In this document: piece by piece, positions 60,809-64,000 of the stretch
Numbering within the stretch: position 1 is the first letter of the stretch
How the letters are laid out: every line of letters starts with the position of its first letter
Origin: an uncultured Gammaproteobacteria bacterium
GTDB taxonomy: Bacteria > Patescibacteriota > Microgenomatia > UBA10105 > UBA927
Direction: 5' to 3'
Assembly (NCBI GenBank): GCA_964394685.1
Contig: CAYMYO010000002.1
Coordinates: 98,148-162,147 of the forward strand
Length of the DNA stretch: 64,000 nt
Made by a program: the position numbers and the translations under genes
Notes under the pieces: generated by a model
Told to the model about the DNA's origin: nothing
What the model saw: the letters and a program-made list of their open reading frames with translations, nothing else
Databases searched by the model: none

Positions 60809-61371
60809 GAATAATACTACTTGGACCGCCGGCATCAGGGAAAGGAACACAAGGGGAACTACTTGAGAAGAAATATCATGTACCGCGGCTTTCCGTAGGA
60901 GCGCTCATCCGCAGGCATGTCCAGGAACAAACACCTCAAGGGAAACGTATTGAACCCACGATGACAGCAGGGAAAGCAATACCCGCTGACACGTATATTG
61001 ATCTTGTCGGCGAGTGGATGCTGGAGCATAAAGATGGATTTATCATAGATAATCTCATTCGGTCCAGCGAACAACTCCATGCGTTTGACACATTTAGCAA
61101 AAAGAATTCGTTCACCCTTGACTTTGTTTTTATTTTTCGCGTGTTTGAATGTGAAGCGCGAAGACGATTGCATATCAGAAAGACTGTGAAAAATCGATCA
61201 GATGGACATGATGAAGCAATTCATGAACGCTTCGTAACGTTTAATACCTCAATCAGTGAGATAGTTGGGTATTTTTCAAAACAACATGTTCTCTATGAGA
61301 TAGATACGTCCGGTTCTATCGATTCAACTCATCATAATATTATTTCAATTATCTCATCTCACACATCATGA
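60805..61371 (+). CDS. Second adenylate-kinase-like NMP kinase
   Basis: LLGPPASGKGTQ, GFIIDNLIR (degenerate DGFPR), RSD. Confidence 0.8.
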   Translation: MRIILLGPPASGKGTQGELLEKKYHVPRLSVGALIRRHVQEQTPQGKRIEPTMTAGKAIPADTYIDLVGEWMLEHKDGFIIDNLIRSSEQLHAFDTFSKKNSFTLDFVFIFRVFECEARRRLHIRKTVKNRSDGHDEAIHERFVTFNTSISEIVGYFSKQHVLYEIDTSGSIDSTHHNIISIISSHTS

Positions 61372-62132
61372 ATGTTATTAAATCAAAAGAAGAATTAGTA
61401 TCAATGCGGACAGGGGGAAAGAAATTAGGTCGTATTCTTCGGGAGCTTCTCCTGATGTCAACGGAGGGAACAAATCTATTAGACATAGAAAAACACGCAA
61501 AATATCGGATACAAGAAGAGGATGGACTTCCATCTTTTACGACCGTTGAAGGATATCCGTTTGTGACGTGCTTATGTATTAATGAGGAAGTGGTGCATGG
61601 GATGCCGCGTGATTACGCGCTTCGTGATGGCGATATTCTTACAATCGACATTGGGATGATATATGAAGGGCTTCATACAGATACTGCTTCATCAATTTGT
61701 ATTGGACCGAACATAGATATCAAAAAAGAGCAGTTTTTGAAAACTGGCGAGATTGCCTTAGGAAGGGCAATTATGGTCGCAATTGCTGGAAACAGAGTGG
61801 GAGACATATCAAATGCCATTCAGACCACCATTGAGGCTTCTGGGTACCACGTAGTTGTGGATTTAACCGGTCATGGAGTGGGAAGGATGCTTCACGAAGA
61901 ACCAATGATTCCTGAGTATGCACGGGGAGACATCAATAAAACTCCTCTTTTGGTGAGCGGTATGACACTGGCTATTGAAGTCATTTATGCGATGGGACAA
62001 GGAAATATCTGTTATAAAAGCAATGACGGATGGACACTGGAATCAAAAGATAGATCACTGACTGCCACATTTGAACATACGATCCTTATTGGAGACAAAA
62101 AAAGCGACGTGTTGACCAAAGCTGAAATTTAA
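61368..62132 (+). CDS. map: Methionine aminopeptidase type I
   Basis: NEEVVHG, DIG...HTD, GHGVG..LHEEP, AIE, FEHT. Confidence 0.96.
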   Translation: MNVIKSKEELVSMRTGGKKLGRILRELLLMSTEGTNLLDIEKHAKYRIQEEDGLPSFTTVEGYPFVTCLCINEEVVHGMPRDYALRDGDILTIDIGMIYEGLHTDTASSICIGPNIDIKKEQFLKTGEIALGRAIMVAIAGNRVGDISNAIQTTIEASGYHVVVDLTGHGVGRMLHEEPMIPEYARGDINKTPLLVSGMTLAIEVIYAMGQGNICYKSNDGWTLESKDRSLTATFEHTILIGDKKSDVLTKAEI

Positions 62133-62140
62133 TGTAAAAT
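62112..62140 (+). promoter_or_regulatory. Sigma70-type promoter for infA-rpmJ-rpsM-rpsK-rpsD-rpoA
   Basis: TTGACC (62112-62117), 17-nt spacer, TAAAAT (62135-62140). Confidence 0.7.
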
Positions 62141-62204
62141 AAAGCCCTTACCCGCCAAGACTCATGCGTAGGAGGTCAGGCGGGAGTTGTATTATTGCGT
62201 ATTT

Positions 62205-62423
62205 ATGGCCCATCAAGGAAATATTGAGATAGAAGGAACCGTACTTGAGTGTTTACCTAATACGCTATTTCGCGTCAAATTACCAAATAGTGCAATTGTT
62301 CTTTGTCACTTGTCAGGTAAAATGCGATTAAATTATATTCGTATTATGCCGGGAGACAAAGTAAAAATAGAAATGACCCTGTACGATACGACCAAAGGAA
62401 GAATTACGTATCGTGTACGATAA
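62205..62423 (+). CDS. infA: Translation initiation factor IF-1
   Basis: LPN.LFRV, HLSGKMR.NYIRI.PGD. Confidence 0.97.
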   Translation: MAHQGNIEIEGTVLECLPNTLFRVKLPNSAIVLCHLSGKMRLNYIRIMPGDKVKIEMTLYDTTKGRITYRVR

Positions 62424-62427
62424 CACT

Positions 62428-62541
62428 ATGAAAGTCCGAGCAAGTGTAAAACTATTATGTAATAAATGCAAAATTGTCCGCAGACGCGGGCGTGTATTTG
62501 TGATTTGTGAAAATCCAAAACATAAACAACGACAAGGATAA
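62428..62541 (+). CDS. rpmJ: 50S ribosomal protein L36
   Basis: Manual translation [37 protein letters not shown]. Confidence 0.97.
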   Translation: MKVRASVKLLCNKCKIVRRRGRVFVICENPKHKQRQG

Positions 62542-62546
62542 TGAGT

Positions 62547-62966
62547 ATGGCACGTATTGCTGGAGTTGATATACCAAATGAAAAACGGCTTGATATTGCC
62601 CTTACCTATATCTATGGGATTGGACGGGTAAATGTGAAAACTGTATTGAAATCTACAAATATCGATGCATCCAGACGTGTTAAAACCCTCACTGATGAAG
62701 AAATTAGTCATATTGCAAAAGTGATTGAAAAAGGATTTACTGTTGAGGGAGACCTGCGTCAAGAATTATCTGCTAATATTAAACGACTTCGGGAAATTGG
62801 ATCATATCGGGGGAGCAGGCATTCACATAAATTACCATCCCGTGGACAACGAACCCGTTCAAATGCCCGTACAAAGAGGGGGAAGAGATTGACAGTGGGA
62901 GCAATGAAAAAAGATGACCGGATAAAGACAGATACAAAAGCTCCGGAGGCAGAAGCAAAGGCATAA
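62547..62966 (+). CDS. rpsM: 30S ribosomal protein S13
   Basis: MARIAGVD, IYGIG, RGQRTRSNART. Confidence 0.98.
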   Translation: MARIAGVDIPNEKRLDIALTYIYGIGRVNVKTVLKSTNIDASRRVKTLTDEEISHIAKVIEKGFTVEGDLRQELSANIKRLREIGSYRGSRHSHKLPSRGQRTRSNARTKRGKRLTVGAMKKDDRIKTDTKAPEAEAKA

Positions 62967-62972
62967 CATCAT

Positions 62973-63344
62973 ATGGCAACAAAAACAATAAAAAAAGTAG
63001 TTGAAAAAGGAAAAGTGTATATCACTGCAACATTCAATAACACGATTGTGACGATTACTGATGGCATGGGCAATTCATTATATTGGGGATCATCCGGTAT
63101 GGTTGGATTTAAAGGCGCCAGGAAAGCAACTCCCTATGCAGCAACGACTGCTGTTGAAACAGTTGCCAGAAAAGCTCTTGATAACGGCATGCGGGAAGTT
63201 GAAGTATTTATCAAAGGGCCGGGAGCGGGTCGAGATGCAGCACTTCGAGCACTTCGAGCTGTTGGGCTGAATATTACCTTAATTGCTGATGTGACCCCAA
63301 TTCCTCATAACGGAGTGCGGGCAAAGAAAAAGAGGAGAGTATAA
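62973..63344 (+). CDS. rpsK: 30S ribosomal protein S11
   Basis: [19 protein letters not shown]. Confidence 0.98.
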   Translation: MATKTIKKVVEKGKVYITATFNNTIVTITDGMGNSLYWGSSGMVGFKGARKATPYAATTAVETVARKALDNGMREVEVFIKGPGAGRDAALRALRAVGLNITLIADVTPIPHNGVRAKKKRRV

Positions 63345-63345
63345 T

Positions 63346-63966
63346 ATGGCACGGTATACTGGACCAAAAAATAGATTAGCACGCAGGGAGGGCATGGATT
63401 TAGGCTTAAAAACCATTGGGAGCCATGCACATGCGGAGCTACTCAAACGTTTAGCAATTTTACCCGGTCAACACGGAGTAAAAGGACGACGGAAAACATC
63501 AGGATATGGTATACAACTGCGGGAAAAGCAAAAAGTAAAACGGATATATGGGACATTAGAACGACAATTTAGAAAAATATTTGAACAGGCAAAAAAATGG
63601 AAAGGGAATACGGGAGAAAAACTTGTTGAATTTTTGGAAAGCCGGCTTGATAACACTATCTATCGCATGAATTTGGCGCCAACCAGAACCATGGCACGGC
63701 AACTGGTCAGTCACCGGCACGTATTTGTTAACGGAGCGATTGTGAACATTCCGTCATATCGGATTAAGACGAATGATGTCATTATGATGACTTCTAAAGC
63801 GCTTGAAATACCGGCGGTCAAGAAGTTACTCGAAGAAAAAAGTCCTCAATTACCAGCATGGATTGAGCGGAAAGGTCCTGTAGGAAAAATTGTCCGACTC
63901 CCGGAACGGACTGATGTACAAGAAGATATCAATGAACAATTAATAGTAGAATTTTATTCTCGGTAA
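63346..63966 (+). CDS. rpsD: 30S ribosomal protein S4
   Basis: MARYTGP, QLREKQK, ESRLDN, ARQLVSH, IVEFYSR. Confidence 0.98.
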   Translation: MARYTGPKNRLARREGMDLGLKTIGSHAHAELLKRLAILPGQHGVKGRRKTSGYGIQLREKQKVKRIYGTLERQFRKIFEQAKKWKGNTGEKLVEFLESRLDNTIYRMNLAPTRTMARQLVSHRHVFVNGAIVNIPSYRIKTNDVIMMTSKALEIPAVKKLLEEKSPQLPAWIERKGPVGKIVRLPERTDVQEDINEQLIVEFYSR

Positions 63967-63981
63967 GGAGGAGAAACGTAT

Positions 63982-64000
63982 ATGTCAGAACCAAATTTTT
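63982..64000 (+). CDS. rpoA: Probable start of RNA polymerase alpha subunit (cut by the window edge)
   Basis: AAGGAGG SD and ATG (MSEPNF) after rpsD; assigned by synteny only. Confidence 0.55.

Overview
AT-rich bacterial chromosome segment. Gene content points to Patescibacteria (CPR), probably Microgenomates (inference): rpmD/uL30 is missing between rpsE and rplO, AlaRS is short, and there is a sortase plus an actin-like/baseplate-J protein. The core is typA (partial), ftsK, alaS, mltG, rpoB-rpoC-rpsL-rpsG and, after a ~19.4 kb accessory interval, fusA-tuf and the S10-spc-alpha ribosomal cluster up to the start of rpoA. The most striking unexplained structure is a KilA-N gene whose codons 64-73 form a near-perfect 30-bp DNA palindrome. 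It is preceded by a ~48-bp-period array of three alternative 30-bp palindromes encoding variants of the same peptide, and the locus is bracketed by a diverged duplicate of the capA 3' end. Second, a GIY-YIG gene with terminal inverted repeats and a 4-bp duplication sits exactly on the alaS start codon, and a gene-less copy with related ends sits exactly on the fusA start codon. Also seen: other REP-like palindromes (two inside coding frames), a CDGSH gene with TGA at a conserved Gly, a minimal [FeFe]-hydrogenase-like protein, a nucleotide/sugar island and heavy substitution in the RpoB rifampicin pocket. No tRNA, rRNA or CRISPR array was recognised. All family calls are from motif recognition by eye; no searches were run.
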